In this document: positions 10,163-20,148 of the stretch, in pieces
Layout of the letters: every line of letters starts with the position of its first letter
Numbering within the stretch: position 1 is the first letter of the stretch
Source of the DNA: Hydrogenophilales bacterium
GTDB taxonomy: Bacteria; Pseudomonadota; Gammaproteobacteria; Burkholderiales; Thiobacillaceae
Assembly: GCA_041639515.1 (NCBI GenBank)
Contig: JBEQCD010000001.1
Location: 27,347-91,346, forward strand
Reading direction: 5' to 3'
Length of the DNA stretch: 64,000 nucleotides
The notes under the pieces: model-generated
Databases searched by the model: none
Seen by the model: only the letters and a program-made list of their open reading frames with translations
Told to the model about the DNA's origin: nothing
Program-made: the position numbers and the translations under genes

Positions 10163-11116
10163 TCACAAGGGCGAGAGTCCCAGCGTGTCGAACAGGCGCT
10201 GGTCGCGTTCCCATTCAGGATTGCCGGTGGTGAGGAGTTTCTCGCCGTAGAAGATCGAGTTGGCCCCTGCCAGGAAGCACAGGGCCTGAATCGCGTCGCT
10301 CATCTGCTGCCGGCCGGCGGACAGGCGGACGAAACTCCTGGGCAGGCAGATGCGGGCCACGGCAATCGTGCGCACGAACTCCATGGGATCGAGCGCCTCG
10401 GTGCCGGCCAGCGGCGTGCCTTCCACCTGCACCAGAAGGTTGATCGGCACGGATTCGGGCTGTGGATCGAGCGCAGCCAGCTGCGCGATGAGGCCGGCGC
10501 GCTGCGTGCGCGATTCCCCCAAGCCGACGATGCCGCCGCAACAGACGTGCAGGTCAGCCTGACGCACACGCTCCAGCGTATCCAGGCGATCCTGGTAATC
10601 GCGCGTGGTGATGATCTCGCCGTAGAACTCCGGCGCGGTGTCGAGGTTGTGGTTGTAGTAATCGAGGCCGGCGTCCTTCAGTTGTTCGGCCTGGCCGTCC
10701 TTCAGCATGCCCAGCGTAGCGCAGGTTTCCAGCCCCAGCGCCTTGACTTCGCGCACCATGTCGAGCACGGGCTCAAGGTCGCGCTGTTTGGGGCCGCGCC
10801 AGGCCGCGCCCATGCAGAAGCGCGATGCGCCCGCCGCCTTGGCCGCACGGGCGGCTGCGAGCACATCATCCAGATTCAGCAAGCCCTGATTCTCCACCCC
10901 GGCGTTGTAACGCGCCGACTGCGGGCAGTAGCCGCAATCCTCCGAGCAGCCGCCGGTCTTGATCGACAGCAGGGTCGACAACTGCACCTTGTTGGGATCG
11001 AAATGCGCGCGGTGCACGGTTTGCGCCTGGAACATCAGGTCGGCGAAAGGCAGCGCGAACAGCGCATCGATGTCGGCCACCGAGCGGCGCACGGCGGGTT
11101 GGGTCATGTCATTCAT
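10163..11116 (-). CDS. bioB: Biotin synthase
   Basis: Radical [11 protein letters not shown]; YNHNLDT; PESVPIN; RLSAGR. Confidence 0.98.
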   Translation of the reverse strand: MNDMTQPAVRRSVADIDALFALPFADLMFQAQTVHRAHFDPNKVQLSTLLSIKTGGCSEDCGYCPQSARYNAGVENQGLLNLDDVLAAARAAKAAGASRFCMGAAWRGPKQRDLEPVLDMVREVKALGLETCATLGMLKDGQAEQLKDAGLDYYNHNLDTAPEFYGEIITTRDYQDRLDTLERVRQADLHVCCGGIVGLGESRTQRAGLIAQLAALDPQPESVPINLLVQVEGTPLAGTEALDPMEFVRTIAVARICLPRSFVRLSAGRQQMSDAIQALCFLAGANSIFYGEKLLTTGNPEWERDQRLFDTLGLSPL

Positions 11117-11219
11117 TGAATGTCGCCTCGTAAATTCATCAGGTCATGCGAACAGTTCATGGCGACCGGCCCTGTTCGTGGACGTGCACCTCCCGCTGCG
11201 CGGGAACCCGGCTTGCTGC

Positions 11220-11672
11220 TCACAGTTCCACCTCCACGGTCAGGTCTTCCCACTTTTCGCGCGCGGCCCGCCAGATGTCGAACAGCGCCCACGGCACGAT
11301 GATCGCCACGGCCAGACCCAGCACCAGCATCAGGCCGCCAAACCCGCCGATGAGGCCGTAGATCGGCTGGCCGATCACCACCATACTGCCCATCACCCCG
11401 TAAAAGCGGTAGCCTGCCCACTTGTTGTAGTGCGCGGTGCGCGGGTTGGGGTGATGCGCGATGCTGGCGTAGACGAAGATCGATGCGCCCAGCCAGATCA
11501 TCACCGGCGGCAGCGACAGCACAAACGGCAGAAAGCCGATCTTGTGGCTGGCCAGGAGCTTGCCGAGCAGCAGCGCCGTCAACGAGATCATCAGGGCCGC
11601 AACGGTGATGATGTTGAAGAGCTGCGCTGCGAAACGGGCGGATGAGGCGGAAATGACGCGTTTGGCTTTCAT
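11220..11672 (-). CDS. Uncharacterised ~4-TM membrane protein, first gene of the bio operon
   Basis: 150-aa hydrophobic ORF with coding-like codon usage; HHPNPR..HY..WA.YRFYG segment. Confidence 0.8.
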   Translation of the reverse strand: MKAKRVISASSARFAAQLFNIITVAALMISLTALLLGKLLASHKIGFLPFVLSLPPVMIWLGASIFVYASIAHHPNPRTAHYNKWAGYRFYGVMGSMVVIGQPIYGLIGGFGGLMLVLGLAVAIIVPWALFDIWRAAREKWEDLTVEVEL

Positions 11673-11726
11673 GGCTGGATTGTCCGGGGGGCAGCTGTCC
11701 GCTGTCAAATATTTACCGGGTGAAAA

Positions 11727-12416
11727 TTGAACATCGGCTCAATTTTTAATCAGTTCGTTCCAACCGCCTGCGTGGTGTGTGGCGAGACGTCGCGCACCCC
11801 CGTGTGCACAGGCTGTCTGGCAGACCTGCCCTGGCACACCGCGCCCCAGTGTCCGGTCTGCGCCACGCCCACGCCACAGGGACAGATCTGCGGGGCCTGC
11901 CTCAAGCGCCTACCTGGCTTTGACCGCACCGTGGCCGCACTGGTCTATCGCTTTCCGTTGGACCGGCTGATTCCGGCGCTGAAGTATCACGGGCGACTGG
12001 CCGTCGCGCCCGCACTGGCTGCCTGCCTTGCCCCTGCGCTGGCACTCGCGCCCCGGCCGGACGTGATCGTCCCCATGCCCTTGCATCCCGCCCGGCTCTC
12101 CAGCCGGGGCTACAACCACGCCACTGAAATCGCCCGCGTGCTGGCACGCACCCTGGGAGTCGGCCTCGACATCGGCTGTTGTCAGCGGGTGCGCGACACG
12201 CCCCCGCAGCAGGCACTCAAGCTGGATGCGCGCAGACGCAATGTGCGCGGGGCATTTGCATGCAATGCGTCGGTGGCGGGGCTGCACATCGCCCTGCTGG
12301 ACGACGTGATGACAAGCGGCACCAGCCTCGACGAACTGGCCCTCTCCCTCAAGCGGGCGGGCGCACGCGAGGTGAGCAACTGGGTGGTCGCCCGCGCCCT
12401 GCCCCCGGGCGACTGA
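11727..12416 (+). CDS. comF: ComF family protein (zinc ribbon + phosphoribosyltransferase fold)
   Basis: Four CxxC pairs, RGYNH and LLDDVMTSGTS PRPP loop. Confidence 0.93.
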   Translation: MNIGSIFNQFVPTACVVCGETSRTPVCTGCLADLPWHTAPQCPVCATPTPQGQICGACLKRLPGFDRTVAALVYRFPLDRLIPALKYHGRLAVAPALAACLAPALALAPRPDVIVPMPLHPARLSSRGYNHATEIARVLARTLGVGLDIGCCQRVRDTPPQQALKLDARRRNVRGAFACNASVAGLHIALLDDVMTSGTSLDELALSLKRAGAREVSNWVVARALPPGD

Positions 12417-12423
12417 CCCGCGA

Positions 12424-13299
12424 TCAGGCTGCCCTGGCCAGCCCGGCTTCGGCCTTTTTCGGGAAGCCTTCCTCGATGGGCAGGGCCGGGTCGCGCGACC
12501 ATTCGTTCCACGAGCCAAAGTAGATTTTCACATCGCGGATGCCGGCTTCCTTGAGGATGAGGTAGGTATTCGACGCGCGCGCCCCCTTGAAGCAGTAGAC
12601 GATCACCGGCGTGTCCGGCGCGATGCCGACGGTGAGACATTCCGCCAGGACTTCGTCGGACGACTTGAATACCGGGCCGTCCGCACCCGGTTTCATCAGG
12701 CGATACCACTCGATCCAGCGCGCCCCCGGAATGCGTCCCTTGCGCGGACAGAAATCCGGCCCGTAGGGCGATGAGCTGGTGCCGATCCATTCATCCACGT
12801 CCCGCACATCCAGCAAGGTTGCGCTGCCACTTTTGATCGCCGCCAGCATCATGTCCTTGTCGACCAGGATGTCGCCTGTGGGCAGCGCCGGAAATGTCGC
12901 AGCGACGGGCAGCGCAGGCTCGGTGCTCACCGGCAGACCGGCCCCCACCCAGGCCTGATAACCACCATGCAACACCTTGATTTTCGGGTATCCCAGATAA
13001 CTGAGGATGAAATAGCCCCGGCACGACTGGCCAAACCCGGTATTCATGGCGTCTTCGTACAGCACGGCGGTTTCCTTGCCGGACAGGCCGGCAGCGCTGA
13101 ACAGGCTGGCGAACTTGTCCTTCAGCGTTTCGATGCCATCAGGGTCAGTAGTGGCCAGGTAGGTGAAGATGTCGCGCACGTTCACCGCGCCGGGCACATG
13201 ACCCCTGGCGTAGGTATCCGGATCACGGGTATCGATCACCACCACCGCTTCGGTGGCCATCAGGCTTTGCAGTTCGGCGGGGTCTACGAGGACGCTCAT
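12424..13299 (-). CDS. Tandem-domain sulfurtransferase (rhodanese family)
   Basis: GHVPGA, GRIPGA, active-site YCFKGAR and YFGSWNEW signature; GGAGA RBS before MSVLV. Confidence 0.93.
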   Translation of the reverse strand: MSVLVDPAELQSLMATEAVVVIDTRDPDTYARGHVPGAVNVRDIFTYLATTDPDGIETLKDKFASLFSAAGLSGKETAVLYEDAMNTGFGQSCRGYFILSYLGYPKIKVLHGGYQAWVGAGLPVSTEPALPVAATFPALPTGDILVDKDMMLAAIKSGSATLLDVRDVDEWIGTSSSPYGPDFCPRKGRIPGARWIEWYRLMKPGADGPVFKSSDEVLAECLTVGIAPDTPVIVYCFKGARASNTYLILKEAGIRDVKIYFGSWNEWSRDPALPIEEGFPKKAEAGLARAA

Positions 13300-13336
13300 G
13301 GCAGGTCTCCAGGGGAAAGAGGAACGGTTTCCTCTT

Positions 13337-13352
13337 TGCACCGAACGTGCCA
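13337..13352 (-). promoter_or_regulatory. Sigma54 (-24/-12) promoter of the sulfurtransferase
   Basis: TGGCACG-TTCG-GTGCA on the minus strand, exact GG-N10-GC spacing, ~40 nt upstream of the ATG. Confidence 0.65.
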
Positions 13353-13382
13353 CCCGGGCAATGGACGCGCAGGCCAATGAAA

Positions 13383-13426
13383 ACGGGCGGGGGGTGCCTG
13401 CCGTCGCCGACAGGCCCCCCGCCCGT
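13383..13426 (-). terminator. Intrinsic terminator after the DUF4394-like gene
   Basis: Long GC stem (ACGGGCGGGGGG...CCCCCCGCCCGT) followed by TTTT on the minus strand. Confidence 0.7.
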
Positions 13427-13454
13427 GCACAAAGTGATTACACAATGCGCGCGC

Positions 13455-14327
13455 TCAGGGCTCGATCGCCATCGCGCGGATGCGCTCCTTTTTGCCGATG
13501 CTGGCCAGGTAGGTGGCCTCGCCGGTATCCAGATTCACCCGGAACAGATGCGTGCGGGTATCGCCCGCCCGGCTGGCCGCCAGGTAGGCGCTGTTGTGGA
13601 CATCGGAAATGTCGAAGGACACGGCCGTCACGGGCCCGGTCTTGAGCGAGCCCACCGTGAACACCTGTCCGCCGTTGGGCGACACGACCGGCTCGACGCC
13701 TTCGCGGCTACCCATGGTGACCAGCGTGCCGCGCGCGCCATCGATGGCGAAATTGGTCGTGAGCTTGTCGTTTTTCTGGTTGTAGGTATAGGCCACGCCG
13801 TTGATCAGCGCCGGCCAGCCTGCGTGGACATCGCCAGGTGCATAGACCAGCGCACCGTCGCGCTGCACGCCGTCGACCTTGGCGTCGGAATCAACCTGCA
13901 CCCCGGTGACCGGATGCGCCCGCATGTTGCTGCCATCCGCCAGAGCAACCCGCATGCGGTCCACTGTGGGATTGAAATCGAAGCCGGTTTCGACCATGGG
14001 CAGGGCCAGCGGGGCATCACCCACCGGTTTGGCTGCGGCGGATTCGGTATCCAGGGTATACAGCCGGCCGCTCGCGCCCAGCACGAACAGCGTGCCATGC
14101 GACACCCGGAAATCCATGCCGCGCACATCTTCATTCAGCCCGGTGATCTTCTTGCGCTGGAGCACCTTGTTCGGGGCACCGGCCCGGAAATGCAGCAATT
14201 CGCCGCCCTCGTTGATGGCAAAGAGTGATTCGTTGCCGGGTGGCTGTTTGGCCTCGAGCACCTGCGCCTGCGCCGTGCCCAGGGTGCACACGCAGGCCAA
14301 TGCGAGAAGGGAAGTCAGACGTGTCAT
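13455..14327 (-). CDS. Secreted DUF4394-like protein
   Basis: Signal peptide; GMDFR, GFDFNPTVDRMR, VAYT and FDIS motifs. Confidence 0.8.
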   Translation of the reverse strand: MTRLTSLLALACVCTLGTAQAQVLEAKQPPGNESLFAINEGGELLHFRAGAPNKVLQRKKITGLNEDVRGMDFRVSHGTLFVLGASGRLYTLDTESAAAKPVGDAPLALPMVETGFDFNPTVDRMRVALADGSNMRAHPVTGVQVDSDAKVDGVQRDGALVYAPGDVHAGWPALINGVAYTYNQKNDKLTTNFAIDGARGTLVTMGSREGVEPVVSPNGGQVFTVGSLKTGPVTAVSFDISDVHNSAYLAASRAGDTRTHLFRVNLDTGEATYLASIGKKERIRAMAIEP

Positions 14328-14461
14328 GGCAAGCTCCGCAAAATTGGTATGCGGACTTAACGGCGCGTCTGCGCCGGGGCTTTACCCTGTAGGGGCGAGG
14401 GCTTTAGCTTGTGTGATTCCGGGTTTTACCCGGCTGGCTGGCGGGCTGTGCCCGGCGAACG

Positions 14462-15637
14462 TCAGATTTCCTCGACCGCAAAAATACGCCGATGCTCGCG
14501 CATGGCGTAGCGGTCGGTCATGCCGGCGATGTAATCAGCCACCGCCCGCACGCCTTCCAGGGATTCCCGTGCCTGATGCTCGGGGGGCAGCAGGCGTGCA
14601 TCGCCCGTGAACACGGTGAACAGGTCGGTGACGATGCGGGTGGCCTTGGCGCTCATGCGCTGCACTTTGTAATGCCTGTAAAGGTGGCGCATGAGAAAGC
14701 GCTTGAGTTCACGGTGCTCTTCCAGCAGACCCTCGCTGAACGCCGCCAGCGGCGGGGCCGCGCGCACGGCGTCCAGGCTGTCCACCCCGGCACGGGCCAC
14801 GTTGGCGCGCGTGGTCTCGGCCAGATCGAGAATCAGCGTATTGATCATGCGGCGCACGGTTTCGGTCACCACCCGTCGCCCTGCGAGCGTGGGGTATTTT
14901 GTCCGAACTTCTTCGAGATGCCGGGCAAAGATGCGCACCTCGGCCAACTGTTCCAGGGTGATCAGGCCCGACCGCACGCCGTCGTCCACATCATGGTTGT
15001 TGTAGGCGATTTCGTCGGCCAGATTGGCAATCTGCGCCTCAAGCGTTGGCTGGCGCTTGGTGAGAAAGCGTTCGCCCACTTCGCCCAGTTTCTCGGCGTT
15101 GACCAGCGAACAATGCTTGAGGATGCCTTCGCGCGCCTCGAAGGTGAGATTGAGCCCGTCGAACTCGGCATAACGCTCTTCCAGGCTGTCGACCACGCGC
15201 AGCGATTGCAGGTTGTGCTCGAACCCGCCGTGTTCCTTCATGCAGGCATTGAGCGCGTCCTGCCCGGCGTGGCCGAAGGGGGTGTGGCCCAGATCGTGCG
15301 CCAGTGCCACCGCCTCGACGAGATCCTCGTTGAGATTCAGCAAACGGGCCAGGGTGCGCCCGATCTGCGCAACTTCGAGGCTGTGCGTGAGCCGGGTGCG
15401 AAACAGATCGCCCTCGTGGTTCACGAACACCTGGGTCTTGTATTCCAGGCGGCGAAACGCAGTTGAATGGATGATGCGGTCACGGTCGCGCTGGAATTCC
15501 GAGCGCGGTGCGGCCGGCGGCTCAGGGTGACGCCGGCCCCGGGTCTGGCCAGAGTGGGCGGCGTAGGGGGCATACGACTCCACACGCGCTTCAGCGCGTA
15601 GCGGATCGGAGTGCCCCTGGGGTACGTGTGCGTCCAT
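14462..15637 (-). CDS. dgt: Deoxyguanosinetriphosphate triphosphohydrolase (HD family)
   Basis: [41 protein letters not shown] and DYIAGMTD motifs. Confidence 0.96.
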   Translation of the reverse strand: MDAHVPQGHSDPLRAEARVESYAPYAAHSGQTRGRRHPEPPAAPRSEFQRDRDRIIHSTAFRRLEYKTQVFVNHEGDLFRTRLTHSLEVAQIGRTLARLLNLNEDLVEAVALAHDLGHTPFGHAGQDALNACMKEHGGFEHNLQSLRVVDSLEERYAEFDGLNLTFEAREGILKHCSLVNAEKLGEVGERFLTKRQPTLEAQIANLADEIAYNNHDVDDGVRSGLITLEQLAEVRIFARHLEEVRTKYPTLAGRRVVTETVRRMINTLILDLAETTRANVARAGVDSLDAVRAAPPLAAFSEGLLEEHRELKRFLMRHLYRHYKVQRMSAKATRIVTDLFTVFTGDARLLPPEHQARESLEGVRAVADYIAGMTDRYAMREHRRIFAVEEI

Positions 15638-16722
15638 CAATGCGGCGTGGCCAGTACGTCGCTCAGCACGTCTCGCGACACGTCGCCGGTAATCACCGCC
15701 TCGCCCAGTTTCTTCAGCAGCACGAAACGCAGCTTGCCGGATTCCACCTTTTTGTCGTGGCCCATGTAATCGAGCCAGGTTTCCAGGCCCAGGTCAGGGG
15801 CCACGTCGGGCAGGCCGGCGGCCCGGATCAATGCACGGGCGCGGGTGACGTCGGCTTCGCCGATCCAGCCCAGCCGCTGCGAGGTTTGCGCCGCCAGCAC
15901 CATGCCGGCCCCCACGGCCTCGCCGTGCAGCCAGTTGCCATAGCCCATGCCGGTTTCGATGGCATGGCCAAAGGTGTGGCCCAGGTTGAGGATGGCACGG
16001 ATGCCACCCTCACGCTCGTCCTCGCCCACCACCTGCGCCTTGATTTCGCAGGAGCGGTGGACGGCGTAGGCAATCGCGTCGGGATCGAGCGCACGCAGTT
16101 TGTCGATGTGGGATTCCAGCCAGGCGAGAAAGCCCTCGTCCCGGATGAGTCCGTATTTGATGATCTCCGCGAGCCCCGCAGACAGTTCGCGCGGCGGCAG
16201 GGTACGCAGGGTGTCCGTATCCGCCAGCACGACCTTCGGCTGGTAGAACGCTCCCACCATGTTCTTGCCCAGCGGATGATTGATGCCGGTTTTGCCCCCC
16301 ACCGAGGAATCAACCTGGGACAGCAAGGTGGTGGGAATCTGGATGAACGGCATGCCGCGCTGGTAGCACGCTGCGGCAAAACCGGTCATGTCGCCGACAA
16401 CGCCGCCGCCCAGCGCGATGAGCGTGGTCTTGCGCTCGGCGCGCCAGGTCAGGAGCGCGTCGAAAATCAGGTTCAGCGTCTCCCAGTTCTTGTAGGCCTC
16501 GCCGTCCGGCAGCACGATGGGGTGGACAGCCACACCGGCAACCGTCAGCGTGTGCGTCAGCCGGTCGAGATACAGCGGCGCGACCGTGGTGTTGGTGACC
16601 ACCGCCACGCGCTTCTGCGCCAGATGCGGCACGATCAGGTCCGCCCGGTCGAGCAGCCCGGTGCCGATGTGGATGGGGTAGGAACGATCGCCGAGATCGA
16701 CGGTGAGGGTTTGCATGGTCAT
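15637..16722 (-). CDS. aroB: 3-dehydroquinate synthase
   Basis: [36 protein letters not shown] and HGEAV motifs. Confidence 0.98.
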   Translation of the reverse strand: MTMQTLTVDLGDRSYPIHIGTGLLDRADLIVPHLAQKRVAVVTNTTVAPLYLDRLTHTLTVAGVAVHPIVLPDGEAYKNWETLNLIFDALLTWRAERKTTLIALGGGVVGDMTGFAAACYQRGMPFIQIPTTLLSQVDSSVGGKTGINHPLGKNMVGAFYQPKVVLADTDTLRTLPPRELSAGLAEIIKYGLIRDEGFLAWLESHIDKLRALDPDAIAYAVHRSCEIKAQVVGEDEREGGIRAILNLGHTFGHAIETGMGYGNWLHGEAVGAGMVLAAQTSQRLGWIGEADVTRARALIRAAGLPDVAPDLGLETWLDYMGHDKKVESGKLRFVLLKKLGEAVITGDVSRDVLSDVLATPH

Positions 16723-16783
16723 GCCGGGCAACAACAAGCCTGTGGATATCCTGCACGATTATACTCACGGCCAGCCGGGCGAC

Positions 16784-16799
16784 TGGCATGGCTTTCGCT
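16784..16799 (+). promoter_or_regulatory. Sigma54 promoter for the flippase/glycosyltransferase operon
   Basis: TGGCATG-GCTT-TCGCT, GG-N10-GC spacing, intergenic, ~113 nt before the flippase ATG. Confidence 0.55.
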
Positions 16800-16912
16800 G
16801 TGTAGCCGCAGCAGCTTCGCTCACCCTGACTCACGTGTATCAAACGGCTGCACGTCAGCCGATTCCTCACCATCGCCGCCGAAACTCCGACAGCCACGCC
16901 CACCCAAACGAT

Positions 16913-18382
16913 ATGCATTCCGGTCAAACCATTCGCCAGGGCGTAGCCTGGGTATTCATGGGCAAGGGCGGCAGTCAGGTCATCGGTTTTCTGGTGGGCA
17001 TCGTCCTTGCCCGCCTGCTGGCACCGGAAGTTTTCGGCATGCTGCTCACCCTGCAGGTATTCACCGGCATTGCGGGCTTTGTAGCCGGTGGCGGCATGGG
17101 GCAGGCTCTGGTCAGAGCCAGTGACACCACGCGCGAGGACTACGACGTGGTGTTTACCTTGCAAATCCTGGCAGGCGGGCTGATTTACGCCGCGTTCTAT
17201 TTCACAGCACCCTGGATCGCTGCGGCTTATCACCAGCCGTTGTATCAGGACATGATCCGGGTGATGGCCCTGTCGTTTCTGTTCCGGCCCCTTACCAATG
17301 TACCTGGCAGCATTCTCTACCGCGAGATGCGCTTCAAGGCCACCACACTGGTTTCATACATCGCGCTGCTGATTTCCAGCAGTGTCAGCATCACCCTGGC
17401 TTACCTGGGTTATGGCGTCTGGGCACTTATTCTGGGCGGTTTTGCCAGCCCGCTCGTGACCATACCCGCGTATATGGTTCTGGCCCGCTGGCGACCGGGT
17501 TTCTCACTTCGCTTCGGACGCGCCCGCGAAATCGCGCGATACGGCTTTCTGGTTTCCCTCAATGACATCGTGTGTTATGTGCGCGATCAGGTCAGCATCT
17601 TCATGCTGTCGCGCACACTCGGCCCCGCCAGCGTAGGCCTCTACAACAAAGGTGAAAGCCTGGCCAAAATGCCGCATGGTTTCATCACCGGATCGGTCTA
17701 CCAGGTGCTGTTCCGGGCGCTGGCGGCCGAGCAGGACAACCTCGATAAAAGCCGCTACCTGTTTTACCGCAGCATCACGCTGGTTGCCGTCTATGCCACC
17801 CCCTTCTATATCGGCCTGTTGTGGGTGGCCGAGCCGTTGGTGCGTGGCCTCTACGGGGACAGGTGGGCCGATGCCGCTTCGCCCTTGTTCATCCTGGCAC
17901 TGGCCTGGCCATTCTGGCTGATGGAAAATCTCTCGGGGGCGGTGCTCGCCGCCCAGAACTGGCTGGGGCGTGAGCTCCCGGTTCAGGTTGCCACACTGGT
18001 CATCAGCGCACTCGGCATTCTGGGGCTACTTGAGTTCGGTTTGCAGGGCGTGGCATGGGCCATATTCGCTGCCTCCGCATACAGCGCCCTGCATCTCTAC
18101 TGGCTGGCGACCCGCTGCCTGCGCGCCAAACAGCGCACTTTCCTGCGCGCCATCGCCCCGGCTGCCGGCCTCAATGTCCTGTTGGCCAGCATCCTCGCAG
18201 CCCTGCACCATGTGCTGGCTGACACCGCAAGCCTGCATCCTTTACTCTATGTCGCCCTCCTCGCCGGCACTGGCGCAGCCGTCTACGGTGCAGCGTTGCT
18301 TTATGCGCCCATCAGCGCCCTTGCAACCGAACAACAGCGATGGAAATCCCGGCTCGGGCTCGCTGGCAAGCAACATGCTTGA
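16913..18382 (+). CDS. Wzx-type oligosaccharide flippase (WzxC-like)
   Basis: LARLLAPEVFG and SVGLYN motifs; many TM helices; start at MHSGQ. Confidence 0.9.
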   Translation: MHSGQTIRQGVAWVFMGKGGSQVIGFLVGIVLARLLAPEVFGMLLTLQVFTGIAGFVAGGGMGQALVRASDTTREDYDVVFTLQILAGGLIYAAFYFTAPWIAAAYHQPLYQDMIRVMALSFLFRPLTNVPGSILYREMRFKATTLVSYIALLISSSVSITLAYLGYGVWALILGGFASPLVTIPAYMVLARWRPGFSLRFGRAREIARYGFLVSLNDIVCYVRDQVSIFMLSRTLGPASVGLYNKGESLAKMPHGFITGSVYQVLFRALAAEQDNLDKSRYLFYRSITLVAVYATPFYIGLLWVAEPLVRGLYGDRWADAASPLFILALAWPFWLMENLSGAVLAAQNWLGRELPVQVATLVISALGILGLLEFGLQGVAWAIFAASAYSALHLYWLATRCLRAKQRTFLRAIAPAAGLNVLLASILAALHHVLADTASLHPLLYVALLAGTGAAVYGAALLYAPISALATEQQRWKSRLGLAGKQHA

Positions 18383-18426
18383 CGCCATCCGTTCTATTCT
18401 TTAGCGGAACAATCACCGTAGAGATC

Positions 18427-19221
18427 ATGGATTTTTTATCCCGAAAACTGCACGAACGCGCTGGCCGGCACGGCCCGGTCATGCTGATGTATCACGCCGT
18501 TCTGCCGGGTCATGCCACGCCGGCCTGGCCTTGGGCGGTTTCGATGCGCCAGTTTCGGGCGCAGCTGGATTTTCTGGTTGCAGAAGGCTATAGCACCCCC
18601 ACTATGCGTGATCTCGTCGCCGCACCCCACAAATGGCCCACCCGCACAGCAGTTATTACCTTTGACGATGGATATACCGACAACCTGGCGGCTTGTGAAG
18701 AACTCGACAAGCGCGGGATGCGTGCATCCTTTTTTGTTGTCGCCGGTTCAATCGGGCGCGAGCCACACTGGCCGACAGATGGCCAGCCAGTCGGCAGAAT
18801 GCTCAATGCTGAAGAATTAAGAGATATGCACCGCAAGGGGTTCGAGATCGGTTCACACACCGTGAATCACGCCCATCTCCCGACCTTGGGCGATGAGGAA
18901 TTACACCGCGAGTTAGCAGATTCTCGCGCCCTCATAGAGACGGCACTCAATGCCCCGGTGACCAGTTTTGCATACCCATATGGCGAGTGGGATATGCGCT
19001 GTGCCCGAGCTGCAGCAGACACTGGATATGCGGCAGCCTGTACGACACGAACCGGCTGGGCATTGCGTGACGGGAATCCATATGCAATGCGGAGATTGAC
19101 CATCTTCAATTCTGACTCGCTAGCAGCTTTTATGCGCAAGTTAAGCTATGCAGCAAACGACGTTCGCTGGACAAATCTTGCAAAACAATTTCTGGCGATT
19201 AGAAAAGGTACGCAAGTATGA
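18427..19221 (+). CDS. Polysaccharide deacetylase (CE4/NodB-like)
   Basis: LMYH, ITFDDGY, GSHTVNH and FAYPYG motifs. Confidence 0.92.
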   Translation: MDFLSRKLHERAGRHGPVMLMYHAVLPGHATPAWPWAVSMRQFRAQLDFLVAEGYSTPTMRDLVAAPHKWPTRTAVITFDDGYTDNLAACEELDKRGMRASFFVVAGSIGREPHWPTDGQPVGRMLNAEELRDMHRKGFEIGSHTVNHAHLPTLGDEELHRELADSRALIETALNAPVTSFAYPYGEWDMRCARAAADTGYAAACTTRTGWALRDGNPYAMRRLTIFNSDSLAAFMRKLSYAANDVRWTNLAKQFLAIRKGTQV

Positions 19222-20132
19222 GCAGTATTTCAGTTGTCATACCTTGCTACAACGGTCGCAAGTATCTTGCAGAGGCCATTGATTCTGCACTGCACCAAAC
19301 CCATGCGAACAAAGAAGTCATTGTGGTTGACGATGGTTCCACGGACGACTCAGCCGAGATCATGGCGGGATACCATGGGCGCATTCAAGTAGTTCAGCAG
19401 AAAAATCAGGGGTTACCTGCCGCTCGCAATGCGGGTATCAGGGTAAGCAAGGGTGATCTGATCGCCTTCCTGGATGCAGATGATTGGTGGGCACCGACTT
19501 TCCTTGAGAAAACGGCTCACGCCCTGTCTTCAAATAGTGCCGTGATGGCCTACTCGGGTTGGCAAAACATAGGAGCCCCGCCCCCTTTTCATGAGCCCCA
19601 CATACCTGAAGACTACGAACAAGCCCTGCCAAGCAAGGCTATTCGACTGTTTCGCTCGACAGGCTGGCCTGTCCATGCCGCACTGACGCGTCGGGACGCA
19701 ATATTTACTGCGGGGCTATTCAATACCAAGCTAGATAGCTGTGAAGACTTCGATCTTTGGCTACGCATTGCACTGAATCAGCCAATCGTTCGCGTACCCG
19801 AAGTTTTGGCCTATTACCGTTTTCACCCCGGACAAATGACACGTAATGAAGCCAAGAATGCCTTAATGCACTATCAAGTTCAGCAAGACTTTCTGTGCAA
19901 CCATGGCGATCAACTTAAACTCGCCTATCCGAATATACGCGCCCTGATGACAGGCGAATTACTCAAACGAGGCTATCGCGCTTACTGGTCTCGCAATCTG
20001 ACTGATGCACGGCGGATTTTTCGCAGAGTCATGCTAGACAGGTACGGCTCGCTAAACGACTGGAAGTACATGTTGCCAGCCTGGCTGCCTGAGGCCTTAC
20101 ACCAATGGCTCATCCGGCGTGTCGGGAAATAA
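19218..20132 (+). CDS. Glycosyltransferase family 2
   Basis: SVVIPCYN, VVDDGSTD, FLDADD and EDFDLW motifs. Confidence 0.93.
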   Translation: MSSISVVIPCYNGRKYLAEAIDSALHQTHANKEVIVVDDGSTDDSAEIMAGYHGRIQVVQQKNQGLPAARNAGIRVSKGDLIAFLDADDWWAPTFLEKTAHALSSNSAVMAYSGWQNIGAPPPFHEPHIPEDYEQALPSKAIRLFRSTGWPVHAALTRRDAIFTAGLFNTKLDSCEDFDLWLRIALNQPIVRVPEVLAYYRFHPGQMTRNEAKNALMHYQVQQDFLCNHGDQLKLAYPNIRALMTGELLKRGYRAYWSRNLTDARRIFRRVMLDRYGSLNDWKYMLPAWLPEALHQWLIRRVGK

Positions 20133-20148
20133 CTGCACATCCAAAGTT

